DNA from: a virus
Direction: 5' to 3' (one strand)
Length of the DNA: 64,000 nt
IMG/VR virus record: IMGVR_UViG_3300035491_000271
Coordinates: 820 to 64,819 of that record
A program made the position numbers and the translations under genes. The notes beneath the pieces are model-generated. The model ran no database searches. It worked only from the letters and a program-made list of their open reading frames with translations, and was not told the origin of the DNA. Shown here one piece after another: positions 33,976 to 43,763 of the stretch. Positions within the stretch are counted from its first letter, which is position 1. Each line of letters begins with the position of its first letter.

Positions 33976-36555
33976 TTAGTTGTGAAGCGCCAGTGCGTAC
34001 TTCGAGATCATCTCCATGTGGCTCAACACCTTACCCCGAAAAAATTCCTTCTTTCGGCTATGGTATTTGCAATGCTGTTCTATCTCAAGACAACCAAAGT
34101 AAATGAACTCCGGTGTCACATCTGGCCAGTCTTTTAGCGGTCGAGTCCGACCCAGTACCTGTTCATTGGACTGCCGTGAATCAATGGCGGTCGTCATGAA
34201 GCTGGTGCGCAGGTTGGGTTTATCTACCGCTGTACCGGCAGAGCCAATGGTGGAGACGGCAATGTCTGCTTCCAGGAAATCCTCGTAGGAGTCGTTCTCG
34301 GAACCGACGTAACGCACAATGTTAAGTTCCGGGTACATCTTGCGCAAGCGCTCGACCATCAGGGTACACAGATCGACCCGTGCAAAGAACACCAGTGCCG
34401 TCTGACCTTCTTCTCGCACCGAGACAAACCGATGGTAGATAGCATGGTCGATGATCTTGAGGTAGCTCTTAAGTAGGCCCTTATGTCGCATCAAGGATTC
34501 TTCGAACGTGGTGTGCGAATAGCCCTGAGCCCCCATGTACCGAATCTTTACATCCGGGTCCATGTGGTACAGTACCGCGGTTACGGCAATGTAGACGTTA
34601 TACCCACCGCCATCGTGACGTTGCATCACCGGATAGCCGATGTCGTACATCCGGTTCTTGAACGCATCCGAACTGGTCATGGTCGCCGACAACCCCAATG
34701 ACTTGGGAATGTGGGTGTACAGATCAATCCGGTAGTTGTTGTGGAACTCTTGATGCAGTTCGTCCGTGACGCGGAACCCAGCACCAATGGTCGGGTAAAA
34801 GTCAATCGGCTTGATCGGGTAAATCTTGGTCGAGCCGTTGGTGTCCTCGTAGTACTTGATGTAATCGCGCATGGTGGCCGAGGTGATGATGATCACCATG
34901 GCTTCGAGGGTACCTTCCAGCGCCATCTTCTGCAATGCGATCATGTCCTTGGAACCCCGGACAATGAGGAACTCGCCTCGCTTGAACTTGAAGGTCTCCT
35001 CAAGGTCGGATTTCCAGCGCTCGACGTAACCGCCCTTGAAATGAATCACAGTGCGGCGGCGCAGCTTGTTCATGCAGTATTGAGCGATAAAGGTGTTGTG
35101 GGTGACAATGAAGTCCTGTACCACAAACAACTTCGATTCGTTATCTACCGCAATGCAGGTGGCCTCCTCGACACCCACAGGTTCAATCGACGTCACTTGC
35201 AGTTTCAGCTTTTGCGAGTACTGATTCTCATCGTTCACGCGTTCAAGCTTCTTCGGCAAGCTCACTGCATCACTGGGCTTTGGCAGCCTGATCCAGACGT
35301 TATACGCCAGTTGACCGGTCTTACGCTCACCTTTGTAGGTAAACGTCGGCCGCTTAGTCGAAACCTTAGCGATACCGCCCAAAGACCTTACCAGATACTG
35401 CATGTCCTTGGACAACTGCTCGCTGACCGTGCAGTACGAAATGGTGCCGTTCTCGTTGACGTAACCATCGGTATCTATCAAGCCCTTAAGCAATTCTTTA
35501 CGCTGCCGGATCGATGATTCGAGATACATGAGCGGAATGAACTTGTCTTCTGCTCGAGAACCCATCAGTCCGAGGAACGCAAGATCACGTTTCACAACGT
35601 TATCCCGATTGCCGGTGATGTCGTAGTTGCAGCGATCGCGCCAAGTCAGCTGCTGACCATGGGTCAGGGCTGCATTAACACGGTCTACGATAAACGCATC
35701 AGGTGTCGAGAATTTGACTGTGCCGGCTGCTGTGAAGCAACCGTCGCCAATGAGTGCCCCTAGCAACCAGGGATCAATCGGCAGGTCCTGCTCTGGCAGT
35801 TCCTCAGACTGCATCAACGGGATATAGACCCGTGGATTAGGCATGGAGATGAGGCGCTTCAGCTCCAAAGTGTTACGTACCTGCCAGCGATTGTTTTCAC
35901 TGGTATTGACGTAGAAGCTCTGCCACAGATGTTCACCACAGACATCGACGTAACGACCATCGCGGAAAGTTACCCGATACAGCTGTAGCTTGCCTTGCGG
36001 GTACACCCCAATCACCGTAGTCGGTTTACCATCCCCTCCGATGACAGAGTCACCTACCTTAATGAGGCCCATCCGTTTCCAGCCGCCTGGAATTCTCACC
36101 GGTGTACTGTTTGACGTTGCTTTTCCCCCACCTGTCTGGAGGGTCACCATCTTAATGATCGGGTCCCATTTAGGGTCTTGATCATCGAGGACGTACTCGA
36201 TAATGCCGACTTGTTTCTCCCGCGGTGGGAACATCTTGCGGACTTCGAAGTTGACCTCGGGCAGGTCAGTCAGTTTTACGACATGGTGAACAATGGGGAC
36301 TAAGTGTTCAGCATAGCCGAAGTTCTTAAACAGGTGGTTCTTCAGCGAAGTCAGTTGATTGCGATGAAAACTGAATTCGTGGCGATTCTTGGTAGCGGCG
36401 GCAAAGGTCCTGACTTTCTTAGGGACGAACTTCTTGCCTTTCTTTTCATAGCCGAATTCGATGAGCGGTTTGCAGAACGAAAACATCGCCTGTAGGTCGC
36501 GCTCGGTGATCACGTCGGATACTTTGATCGCGTGACTATAGACATCAATTTTCAT
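33976..36555 (-). CDS. SF2 (UvsW/Rad25-like) helicase, phiKZ gp75-like, interrupted by an intein
   Basis: Walker A 'QTGGGK|T' is split by the intein. DELH (motif II), SAT (III), 'AGTAVD' (V) and 'QVLGRTR' (VI). Spliced product ~517 aa. Confidence 0.9.
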   Translation of the reverse strand: MKIDVYSHAIKVSDVITERDLQAMFSFCKPLIEFGYEKKGKKFVPKKVRTFAAATKNRHEFSFHRNQLTSLKNHLFKNFGYAEHLVPIVHHVVKLTDLPEVNFEVRKMFPPREKQVGIIEYVLDDQDPKWDPIIKMVTLQTGGGKATSNSTPVRIPGGWKRMGLIKVGDSVIGGDGKPTTVIGVYPQGKLQLYRVTFRDGRYVDVCGEHLWQSFYVNTSENNRWQVRNTLELKRLISMPNPRVYIPLMQSEELPEQDLPIDPWLLGALIGDGCFTAAGTVKFSTPDAFIVDRVNAALTHGQQLTWRDRCNYDITGNRDNVVKRDLAFLGLMGSRAEDKFIPLMYLESSIRQRKELLKGLIDTDGYVNENGTISYCTVSEQLSKDMQYLVRSLGGIAKVSTKRPTFTYKGERKTGQLAYNVWIRLPKPSDAVSLPKKLERVNDENQYSQKLKLQVTSIEPVGVEEATCIAVDNESKLFVVQDFIVTHNTFIAQYCMNKLRRRTVIHFKGGYVERWKSDLEETFKFKRGEFLIVRGSKDMIALQKMALEGTLEAMVIIITSATMRDYIKYYEDTNGSTKIYPIKPIDFYPTIGAGFRVTDELHQEFHNNYRIDLYTHIPKSLGLSATMTSSDAFKNRMYDIGYPVMQRHDGGGYNVYIAVTAVLYHMDPDVKIRYMGAQGYSHTTFEESLMRHKGLLKSYLKIIDHAIYHRFVSVREEGQTALVFFARVDLCTLMVERLRKMYPELNIVRYVGSENDSYEDFLEADIAVSTIGSAGTAVDKPNLRTSFMTTAIDSRQSNEQVLGRTRPLKDWPDVTPEFIYFGCLEIEQHCKYHSRKKEFFRGKVLSHMEMISKYALALHN
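35095..36120 (-). mobile_element. Intein with LAGLIDADG homing endonuclease (class-3 signature)
   Basis: 342 aa from ATSNSTP to FIVTHN, followed by Thr+1. Block B CGEHLW, block F EATCIAV, and LLGALIGDG / LLKGLIDTDG motifs. Confidence 0.9.
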
Positions 36556-36676
36556 TGGAATACCCTGCGTCGCGCATAAGCTGTTTTACATAAGAAAGCC
36601 CAATAAAATGATAAAAAACTAAATCCCAAGACGTCCTAGGAGATCCACACGGATCTCCTGAGGGCCTAGCTCCTCT

Positions 36677-37051
36677 TTAGAAGATAGCAGGGAAATCACC
36701 ATAACCGAGCCACTCACGGATAATCTCAGCTGCGCGGTCGTTTAATTCAGGACGTAGATCGACCTGCTGCGCCGTATCTTTGGCGAGGTTAGTCGCTGCA
36801 TCGAAGTCAGTAGCAGAACCATACACGATACGGATCTGGTCGGTTACAGGGTTATTGATCACGGTACAGGAACGACCACTTTCACTAGCAAAGTGATAGC
36901 CTGTGCAACCATTGTTGCAGAACCCGTACACCCGGATATTCGGGGTGTCGAATTGATCATAGCAGCGCCGGTGCAACAGTTCTTTCAGTTCGATATAGAC
37001 CCTCTCGGCAATCTGTAAACCAGTCATTTTGACGAGTTGACCCATACACAC
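36677..37051 (-). CDS. Hypothetical protein
   Basis: 124 aa with AGGAGG SD. Confidence 0.75.
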   Translation of the reverse strand: MCMGQLVKMTGLQIAERVYIELKELLHRRCYDQFDTPNIRVYGFCNNGCTGYHFASESGRSCTVINNPVTDQIRIVYGSATDFDAATNLAKDTAQQVDLRPELNDRAAEIIREWLGYGDFPAIF

Positions 37052-37094
37052 CTCCTAACAAAATAAGAAGGGAGGGTCGAAGCCCTCTCTATGG

Positions 37095-37205
37095 TTAAAT
37101 GACTTCAGGGAACACGAACGGATCGAGCAGACCGGTGTCGCAGAAGTGACCCGCATGATTCACTTCTTGGGCCAGGGTGATGTCGCTGATATAGACGCCG
37201 CTCAT
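37095..37205 (-). CDS. Small 36 aa peptide
   Basis: MSGVYISDITLAQEVNHAGHFCDTGLLDPFVFPEVI; AGGAG SD, followed by a hairpin. Confidence 0.5.
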   Translation of the reverse strand: MSGVYISDITLAQEVNHAGHFCDTGLLDPFVFPEVI

Positions 37206-37228
37206 GTGAAGCTCCTGTAAAAGGGGTG

Positions 37229-37475
37229 TTATTTGAGTTCTACTTCAAACTCGATTACGAACTGCCCATCGATGTTCTTGGCAGAGCTGATGTTAATCTG
37301 AGATTTGCCTGTGTCGGTAATCGCACTCAGCGTAACACCCTGTTGCTTGGTCTGGAGGTTTTTTCAGACGGACAACAAAGATATCGCTGGCCTGACCAAC
37401 CATGAATGTATCGGCAAGGAGTTGATTGACATCAACGACACTGTTGGTACGTACGTCAGCAGTGACTTTCAGCAT
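37229..37475 (-). pseudogene. Small gene broken by a single-base frameshift at an A6 run (or a sequencing error)
   Basis: Removing one A at 37359-37364 gives a continuous 81 aa ORF, MLKVTADV...VVRLKNLQTK...EFEVELK. Confidence 0.5.
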
Positions 37476-37626
37476 GAAGGTTTCCCTCTAAACAAAAAAT
37501 GTCCGTACGTCGATTCGCGTCGGGCGGTCAATTTTGGTCATCAGAGTCAGATACGCAGTTTCCATAGAAGTTACCTCACGATACATAAACAGGACCGGGA
37601 GAACTCCCGGTCCTGTGGGGGTGGGT

Positions 37627-39726
37627 TTAGATGACTTCCGGGTAGACGAACGGATCGAGCAATCCAGCAGGGCGCTTGGTGATCAAGTAGCTGTCGGGGT
37701 CTTCGATCATGTCCGGCTGACGCTCGTACGCCAGTTGCACGCCGGCAGAACGGTACTGCATGAGTGTGCGGTGTTCTTCGAACTTCGACGGACGATCGAA
37801 TGCCGGGAGACCGTAATCATCCGGGTCATCGGCAGGGCGCATCAGACTCAGCAGGATGCCTTCCAAGTGCGCTACGTTGACACGCAGCTTGGAGTTGACC
37901 AGGTCACTGAAGTCCAGCAGTGCTGCCACTGGGTCGTCGTAGCTGGTCAGCATCTTGCCGGAGAACCCATTGCGTTCGGACTTCTTCGCCGGAGAACGGA
38001 TGAACGCCTCGACCGCTGCCATGAAATCCAGGGTAGACGCATGGCGCCGTGGCAAGGAGAACGCTGGCTGAGCGAAATCCCAATGCGACAGGTCGATACA
38101 GAAGTTACCGAACTCATCGACCGTGTAACCGTGTTCCTGGATGTAATACAGCATCACCCGAGACAACGACGCCAGACGAGCACCCTGACTGACCGGAATG
38201 AACACCGAGGTGGTCTCATCGCGCAGGTTGGTGACGCGCACCTGCACTTCGCGGAACGACGTGAATCGATGGATGTTCAGTCGCTCGATTACGGTTTCCT
38301 TGTTGATGCTGACCAGACCGGCCCCATTTTCCATGTTCTTGTCAGGCGAGGCTGCCAGGACCAGGACGGGATTCATCTTCTTCAGACGCGGGTTGAACTT
38401 GAGCAGTGAGCTGTCCTTAGCCGAAGACGGCATGGCTTCACCCAACAACTCTTCGGTCTTCTCGTTCTCTGCTTCATCCGGGTCAGCGGCGCAGATGTCG
38501 ATGTACGGCAAGTACTCCTCTGGAATGATGATCTCTTCCACCACCGAGCTACCGTCGAGGTGCTTGACCGACAGTGTCCGCTGAGAACCCTCGCGGCACA
38601 GTTCCGTGGCACAGACATGGCCCAGTGAGGTATCGCGTGGGATGGACCATGCCAGTTCACCGAAGCAGACATGACAGATGGCGCCCTCACCGCGATGGCG
38701 ACAGAACATCCCGGAGCGCATGCGGATGGTCTTGCCTACCAGATGACGGTCTTCCGCCCGGACAGGACGGAGCTTGTTGTTGTCATCCAGGTAGATCTTG
38801 CCTTCCAGGTGCGGCAGAATAACCGAGTCCACCGGAATCTCGGCGTAACGGTCAGAGCCACAGTCTTCCCAGATGAGCTTGTCCACCACCGTGGTTGAGA
38901 GCTGCATCTTGCGGTTGAAGTACTCGACGATACGCAGCGGCTTCTTGGTGAACATCAATGCCTTCTTGGCCGAGCACGACTCGATCATGATGTCGTGTAG
39001 CTGAGTCAGGCCCTCAAAGTAACCGGTGGTAATGGGTTTACGGAAGATCACCTGGTCAATATCGGTCAGGTAGCCACGGCAGATCAGGATCTGGAGGAAC
39101 TGGGCGATCTTGATCTGCTTGCTGCGCAGGCCCCGGACAATCGGGTTGTGCAGGATAGCCGGGTCCTTCATGAGGATTTCGGTGGCCCGATCATACGCGG
39201 TGGTGATGCTGAGCTGATTCGGCCGGACTGCCAGACGCACTTCCGCCAGTGGCGGGTAGTCGTACAGTTCCAGCAGATGGAAGGCGTTGATGGACACCTG
39301 CCATTCTTCGAGCTTGATGCTCAGCTGGTTGTAGATTTCATTGCCGATGTCCTTGACAATGCGCCAGGCATCCTCACGGTCGTAGCAGGAATCGTGGTTG
39401 GCATGCTCAACACCTGGGGTGAAGTAGGTATAGTGCAAGTCACGCATGATGTTAGACAGCGTTTTGGGAATGGTCTCGGCACTGGGGAACACGTTGCCGA
39501 TGTGATGCGAGATGTTCAATGGCGTGCGGGGAAACTTGCGGTGCAGTTCCCAACAGAACCAGCTGAGGGCGGTCCGACGGGTGGTGGTGGTCAAGACCCC
39601 ATCGTCAAACTCGATCTCAAGCTTCTCATCCGGCAGGGGCCAGACTGCCATGAGGTCTTGATTCATGAAATTACGAGCATTGATACGGCGCATCGTTATC
39701 TCCGGTGAATGCGGGTGGCGAACCAC
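37627..39726 (-). CDS. Non-virion RNA polymerase beta' C-terminal subunit (phiKZ gp74-like)
   Basis: 699 aa. 'WEDCGS', 'MRSGMFC', 'ICHVCFG' and 'SQRTLSVKH' (trigger-loop region). Confidence 0.9.
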   Translation of the reverse strand: MVRHPHSPEITMRRINARNFMNQDLMAVWPLPDEKLEIEFDDGVLTTTTRRTALSWFCWELHRKFPRTPLNISHHIGNVFPSAETIPKTLSNIMRDLHYTYFTPGVEHANHDSCYDREDAWRIVKDIGNEIYNQLSIKLEEWQVSINAFHLLELYDYPPLAEVRLAVRPNQLSITTAYDRATEILMKDPAILHNPIVRGLRSKQIKIAQFLQILICRGYLTDIDQVIFRKPITTGYFEGLTQLHDIMIESCSAKKALMFTKKPLRIVEYFNRKMQLSTTVVDKLIWEDCGSDRYAEIPVDSVILPHLEGKIYLDDNNKLRPVRAEDRHLVGKTIRMRSGMFCRHRGEGAICHVCFGELAWSIPRDTSLGHVCATELCREGSQRTLSVKHLDGSSVVEEIIIPEEYLPYIDICAADPDEAENEKTEELLGEAMPSSAKDSSLLKFNPRLKKMNPVLVLAASPDKNMENGAGLVSINKETVIERLNIHRFTSFREVQVRVTNLRDETTSVFIPVSQGARLASLSRVMLYYIQEHGYTVDEFGNFCIDLSHWDFAQPAFSLPRRHASTLDFMAAVEAFIRSPAKKSERNGFSGKMLTSYDDPVAALLDFSDLVNSKLRVNVAHLEGILLSLMRPADDPDDYGLPAFDRPSKFEEHRTLMQYRSAGVQLAYERQPDMIEDPDSYLITKRPAGLLDPFVYPEVI

Positions 39727-39739
39727 CCGCTACAGGTTG

Positions 39740-41965
39740 CTATTCGTTGGTGAGTTCCTTACCCGAACACTGGAACATGTGGCGCATGTACGCCAATGGC
39801 CGGTGTCCGCCGACGGGTACCATCTTGCGGTCCAATACCTCTGGAATATCCGTCGGAGTCGGATGGGTCAGCAGCCGTCGCAACACGAACTTGTGTGCAA
39901 TCGGGTTGTTACTGGCATCCTTCTGGTCAGCGATGGCTTCGCCACCGCACGTAGCAGCTTCAGCGCGGTATTCAGATTCGCCGACACGGATCGACGACTG
40001 ACGGCCGGGTGAGTCGTACTTGTCGTTGTTCGACAGACGTGCAGTGGTACCGAGCACGTTGCATTTGGCAGACGAGGCGGCCATCCAGGAGTCTTCGGCT
40101 GTCTTCTCCAGGTTGATGTACCAAGAGGGTGCGATCAGCTTGGGCTCGCGGGAGACCTTCATCTTGCCGTCACGGCCCCGGAAACGCACCGGAGTGATGA
40201 ACGGCGGCCAGCGCTTCTGAATCTCACGGATCACATCCGGCATAGAGACCGGGTTGTCCGTCGGCATGTACAGGTACAGTCCATATAGATGGTCCAGCAG
40301 CACCGATGCCACGTGTGTATGCATGAAGTCCGGGTTCTTTTCACGGAACTTAGGGTCACTCAAGTCTTCGTACTGGAATGGCACCACGACCTTGTAAAAC
40401 TCCATCAGTTCGTTGAACGCTGCCTCCACCAGGTCGTTGTTCTCTGGAGTATAAACGACATCGTTGACCTCATCCTCAGTCAACTGTACATTGCGGTCAA
40501 AGCCGAAGGTTTCCTGAATCCGCTTGCCGAGGTCACGCCCGGCTGCCGAAATGATCATCTCGATCGGCGATGCCGGCGTTTCCCGGTTCCAGCGTGAGTT
40601 CGGGTCCACCACTACGTCAGCGCGGATTCCGTTCTCATCAACGGGCATGTCTTCATCATCAACCACCTCAACCACTACCGACTTGTTGCCGTTGATGTCG
40701 GTGATCTTATAGCCTTTGTTGGGGACTGAGGTATACTTGAACGTGATTTCAACACGCCAAGCATCCATTTTGACCCCACGGTAGACTTTGTCGACCTTGC
40801 CACCACCATCCTCACGTAGTTTGGTGTTGAACCCACGATCCGGTTTGATGTAGTCCGGACCTACACGACCGATGGCTTCCTTGACGAGTTGGCTAAACTC
40901 GGGCTCAAGGCGCAACGACATGTTACGCATGGATGCCTGCTTACGCAGGTTGACCCAGACGTCAACGATCCGGCGATACCATTCGGTGTCGGCGTTGTAG
41001 TACTTCAGCAGCTGGTCTTCCATGCCAACCGGCAGTGGTGGGATATTGATCGAGGTGTTGCGCTCGACCTTGATATCCACAACCACGGCATCCAGATGCT
41101 GCACGAAGCGCTTACGGTCGAAGATGTAATCGGTCTCAAGCAGAGCTTCAGCCGTCATGTTCGACACAGCGCTAATCGGGTCGTACCGCCGCAGCGACAC
41201 CAGCAGGCCAGTGGAATCTACCTTGTCACCGAGATCTGGAAAGATTTTGTACTGTCCAGGTACACGCGACTGATTGGTAGGGTAGTACTCTCGACCGAAT
41301 TCGAAGACGCGTGTCTCAAATCCTGTGGGGGCCAGTGCTTCCAGATAACCCCGCCGGACCTTGACACCGTCTTCAGTCCCCGCGACATCGGAATCCATCA
41401 GCAGGTTGGTTTCCCGACCGTACATGTAGTTGCCGTGTTCATCGATCAAGGGGGAGCGGGCAAGCTTGGTACCTTTACGGAAGCGTTCTCCTTTACGCAG
41501 GCGTTCCATGGCGTCTGGATCGCGCTTGAACTCAGTGCCGAAGTGCTGGTGCGTGACCTGATAATCGGTCAGCATCAGCACACCGATTTCACCGGTGTTG
41601 TAGTTTTCGTAAATCACTGCAGTCTGCGGTGAGTGTTTGATGCGGTTTGCGCCTGCAGTGTGTGCAAAACGCGGGATGACTTCCAGCACCTGCACATCGT
41701 CAGGAAATTCGATGGAAAAGGTCGCATCCCCAAACGGCCGTTCCATGCCAGACATGATGCGCTTGCGCATCGGTTCCTTGATAACTACCATCTGGGCGAG
41801 GTTGCCGGTGAACATTGCAGCCCGTGATGCCGAGATGTGTCGAATGAACGGGTTGAGCCCGTACAATGACATCAGCTCAGGTCGCAGCTCGACAGGATTA
41901 TTAAGCGTAGGGCTTTTATATCGCTGTTCTATTTGTTCTGCGACAGATAGGTTAGTGTTAAGCAT
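39740..41965 (-). CDS. Non-virion RNA polymerase beta C-terminal subunit (phiKZ gp71-73-like), uninterrupted
   Basis: 741 aa. 'LNPFIRHISASRAAMF', 'TEDG', 'GYKITDINGNKSVV', 'DVVVDPNS' and 'RVGESE'. Confidence 0.9.
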   Translation of the reverse strand: MLNTNLSVAEQIEQRYKSPTLNNPVELRPELMSLYGLNPFIRHISASRAAMFTGNLAQMVVIKEPMRKRIMSGMERPFGDATFSIEFPDDVQVLEVIPRFAHTAGANRIKHSPQTAVIYENYNTGEIGVLMLTDYQVTHQHFGTEFKRDPDAMERLRKGERFRKGTKLARSPLIDEHGNYMYGRETNLLMDSDVAGTEDGVKVRRGYLEALAPTGFETRVFEFGREYYPTNQSRVPGQYKIFPDLGDKVDSTGLLVSLRRYDPISAVSNMTAEALLETDYIFDRKRFVQHLDAVVVDIKVERNTSINIPPLPVGMEDQLLKYYNADTEWYRRIVDVWVNLRKQASMRNMSLRLEPEFSQLVKEAIGRVGPDYIKPDRGFNTKLREDGGGKVDKVYRGVKMDAWRVEITFKYTSVPNKGYKITDINGNKSVVVEVVDDEDMPVDENGIRADVVVDPNSRWNRETPASPIEMIISAAGRDLGKRIQETFGFDRNVQLTEDEVNDVVYTPENNDLVEAAFNELMEFYKVVVPFQYEDLSDPKFREKNPDFMHTHVASVLLDHLYGLYLYMPTDNPVSMPDVIREIQKRWPPFITPVRFRGRDGKMKVSREPKLIAPSWYINLEKTAEDSWMAASSAKCNVLGTTARLSNNDKYDSPGRQSSIRVGESEYRAEAATCGGEAIADQKDASNNPIAHKFVLRRLLTHPTPTDIPEVLDRKMVPVGGHRPLAYMRHMFQCSGKELTNE

Positions 41966-42011
41966 CGGTTACTCCCATTACCTTTACAGGTCAGCTACTG
42001 CTTACCGTTTT

Positions 42012-42020
42012 AATAATGTA
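42012..42020 (-). promoter_or_regulatory. Putative early promoter TACATTATT
   Basis: Recurrent motif, 47 nt upstream of the nvRNAP beta gene. Confidence 0.5.
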
Positions 42021-42052
42021 TCTTTGAAGAAAATTCAAACTAGGAGCCTTTT

Positions 42053-42391
42053 ATGAGTGTTGCGCTAAACAACCTGATGGTCAACAGTGGCGATACCATG
42101 TATCACAGTGCTGACTTTCTCAATTACGCCCACACCCACAAAGCTTATTTGAAAGCCAATTCGATGGCGACGCCGCTCGATCCAGGCATTGTCCACAAGT
42201 TCGAATATAACTTCATCTCCCTCCTGGTAGAGTTGGCGTATCCGATAGAAGATTTGATGCTGCTAATGGTGGTGAACGACATCGTCTGTCCTACGCAAAT
42301 GACTCAGGATTTCAAAGAAATCCTCATACCCGACCCCAGTGCTGTGAGTCAGTTAAAAGCTCTGTATCGTCAAACGCCAGGGCGCATTTGA
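42053..42391 (+). CDS. Small protein on the opposite strand, possibly LysM/baseplate-wedge-like
   Basis: 112 aa with AGGAG SD. 'LLMVVNDIVCPTQMTQDFKEILIPD' resembles the LysM-type 'I..N.i..P..l.....l.IP'. Confidence 0.6.
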   Translation: MSVALNNLMVNSGDTMYHSADFLNYAHTHKAYLKANSMATPLDPGIVHKFEYNFISLLVELAYPIEDLMLLMVVNDIVCPTQMTQDFKEILIPDPSAVSQLKALYRQTPGRI

Positions 42392-42395
42392 GGAC

Positions 42396-42432
42396 AAAAG
42401 AAAGAGGAGAGGGGTCGCCCCTCTCCTCTATG
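42396..42432 (-). terminator. Terminator between convergent genes
   Basis: AGAGGAGAGGGG TCG CCCCTCTCCTCT with an A-rich left flank and TATG on the right. Confidence 0.7.
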
Positions 42433-42437
42433 CCGAC

Positions 42438-43754
42438 TCAGAACCCCAAACGGCCACTACCGTTCCCGAAAGAACGGCGACCGAAGGAACGCTCGTCACG
42501 GCGGTTGAAGCCGAAATCACGATCGCGGTCGCGCCCGCCGCTATCATAACGGCGTTCACTGCCGCGGCCGAAGCTGCGTTCACGGATGGAGTCCCGGTCA
42601 CGCGAGAAGGAGTACGACGAGCGATCTTCGCTACGACGACCGAAGCCATGACGGCGATCATCGTCATCACGGCGACCGCCATGCAGGAACTCATCCAGCG
42701 ACTTACCACGTTTCTGAGGTTCGGGGCGGCGTTCGGCAGGGCGACGAGCCGCTTCACGTTCTTCTCCCCATGGCAGGTCGACTGCTTCGTCTTCCTTCTC
42801 GCGGCTAGCGCGGTCACGGTTGGCTGGCGCAATGCGACTGGCTACTTTCTCGGCGATTTCGTCCTTGCTCTTGGGCTCGGATACGATGATGGCGCCTTCG
42901 TTACCTTCCTGAGGAGGTACCAGACGGCGCATCTCGGCCAAAGTTTCCATGCCTTCATACCACGTCAGGTCGATCGTCAGAGATTCTACAATCTCTTTGC
43001 CGAGCAGCTTTTTGTGCTGCTTGACCACATCGTTGAGGTGACTGGCCATGTTGTAGTAACCGGTCATCAGGGCATGGAAGTACGGCGCCACCATGTTCTT
43101 ACTGCCGTAGTCGTAGGCCGCGCGCGTTTCTTCATCACCCAGGACGATCTCGAACAAGGCGCGCAAGGTGTTGCGTGCTTTCTTGGACGGGTATTTCACC
43201 CCGAGCAGATCAGGTTCGTCGGTCAACAACGCATCGAGGACCGGGAACTTGAACTTGACCGAACGCAAGACACCATCGGCCTTCTGGCCTTTACGCAGGC
43301 TGATCGACACCAGGCGCTTCTCCGGTTCCGGCGCGATGCGCAGGATAACCTTCTGAAGAAACTCGTAGGTGCGCTCATCCATCTCGCTCAGTTGTTTCAG
43401 GTACTTGCCCGAAGCCGGATCGAGGCGCTTGTGTTCACTTGGTGTGGCAGCCACCCGACCCAGTTCACTGATCAGCGTGACGCTGGTCAGGGTCAGCTTG
43501 TACATGATCGAATCGCGCAGGGACTTGATCATGTCCGACTCAGCACGCGTGATGTTCTCTGACAGCGGGTGGTAAATGATCGTGCCTTCGCCATTGCTGC
43601 GTAGATGCTCTGAGGTCGGCAAGACCACCCGCTTGCCATTGATGGTGAAAGGACTGGTGCCTTCGCCAATGACGCGGCTCAGATGACCTTTGCCGGTTTC
43701 GTCGATGATACCGATCGAGTTCAGAACTCGGATGTTAAATTCATGAAGGTCCAT
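42438..43754 (-). CDS. Conserved core protein (phiKZ gp70-like) with an R/D/S/G-rich tail
   Basis: 438 aa. Synteny between the PicA-like gene and nvRNAP beta; low-complexity C-terminus. Confidence 0.7.
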   Translation of the reverse strand: MDLHEFNIRVLNSIGIIDETGKGHLSRVIGEGTSPFTINGKRVVLPTSEHLRSNGEGTIIYHPLSENITRAESDMIKSLRDSIMYKLTLTSVTLISELGRVAATPSEHKRLDPASGKYLKQLSEMDERTYEFLQKVILRIAPEPEKRLVSISLRKGQKADGVLRSVKFKFPVLDALLTDEPDLLGVKYPSKKARNTLRALFEIVLGDEETRAAYDYGSKNMVAPYFHALMTGYYNMASHLNDVVKQHKKLLGKEIVESLTIDLTWYEGMETLAEMRRLVPPQEGNEGAIIVSEPKSKDEIAEKVASRIAPANRDRASREKEDEAVDLPWGEEREAARRPAERRPEPQKRGKSLDEFLHGGRRDDDDRRHGFGRRSEDRSSYSFSRDRDSIRERSFGRGSERRYDSGGRDRDRDFGFNRRDERSFGRRSFGNGSGRLGF

Positions 43755-43763
43755 GGATACTCC

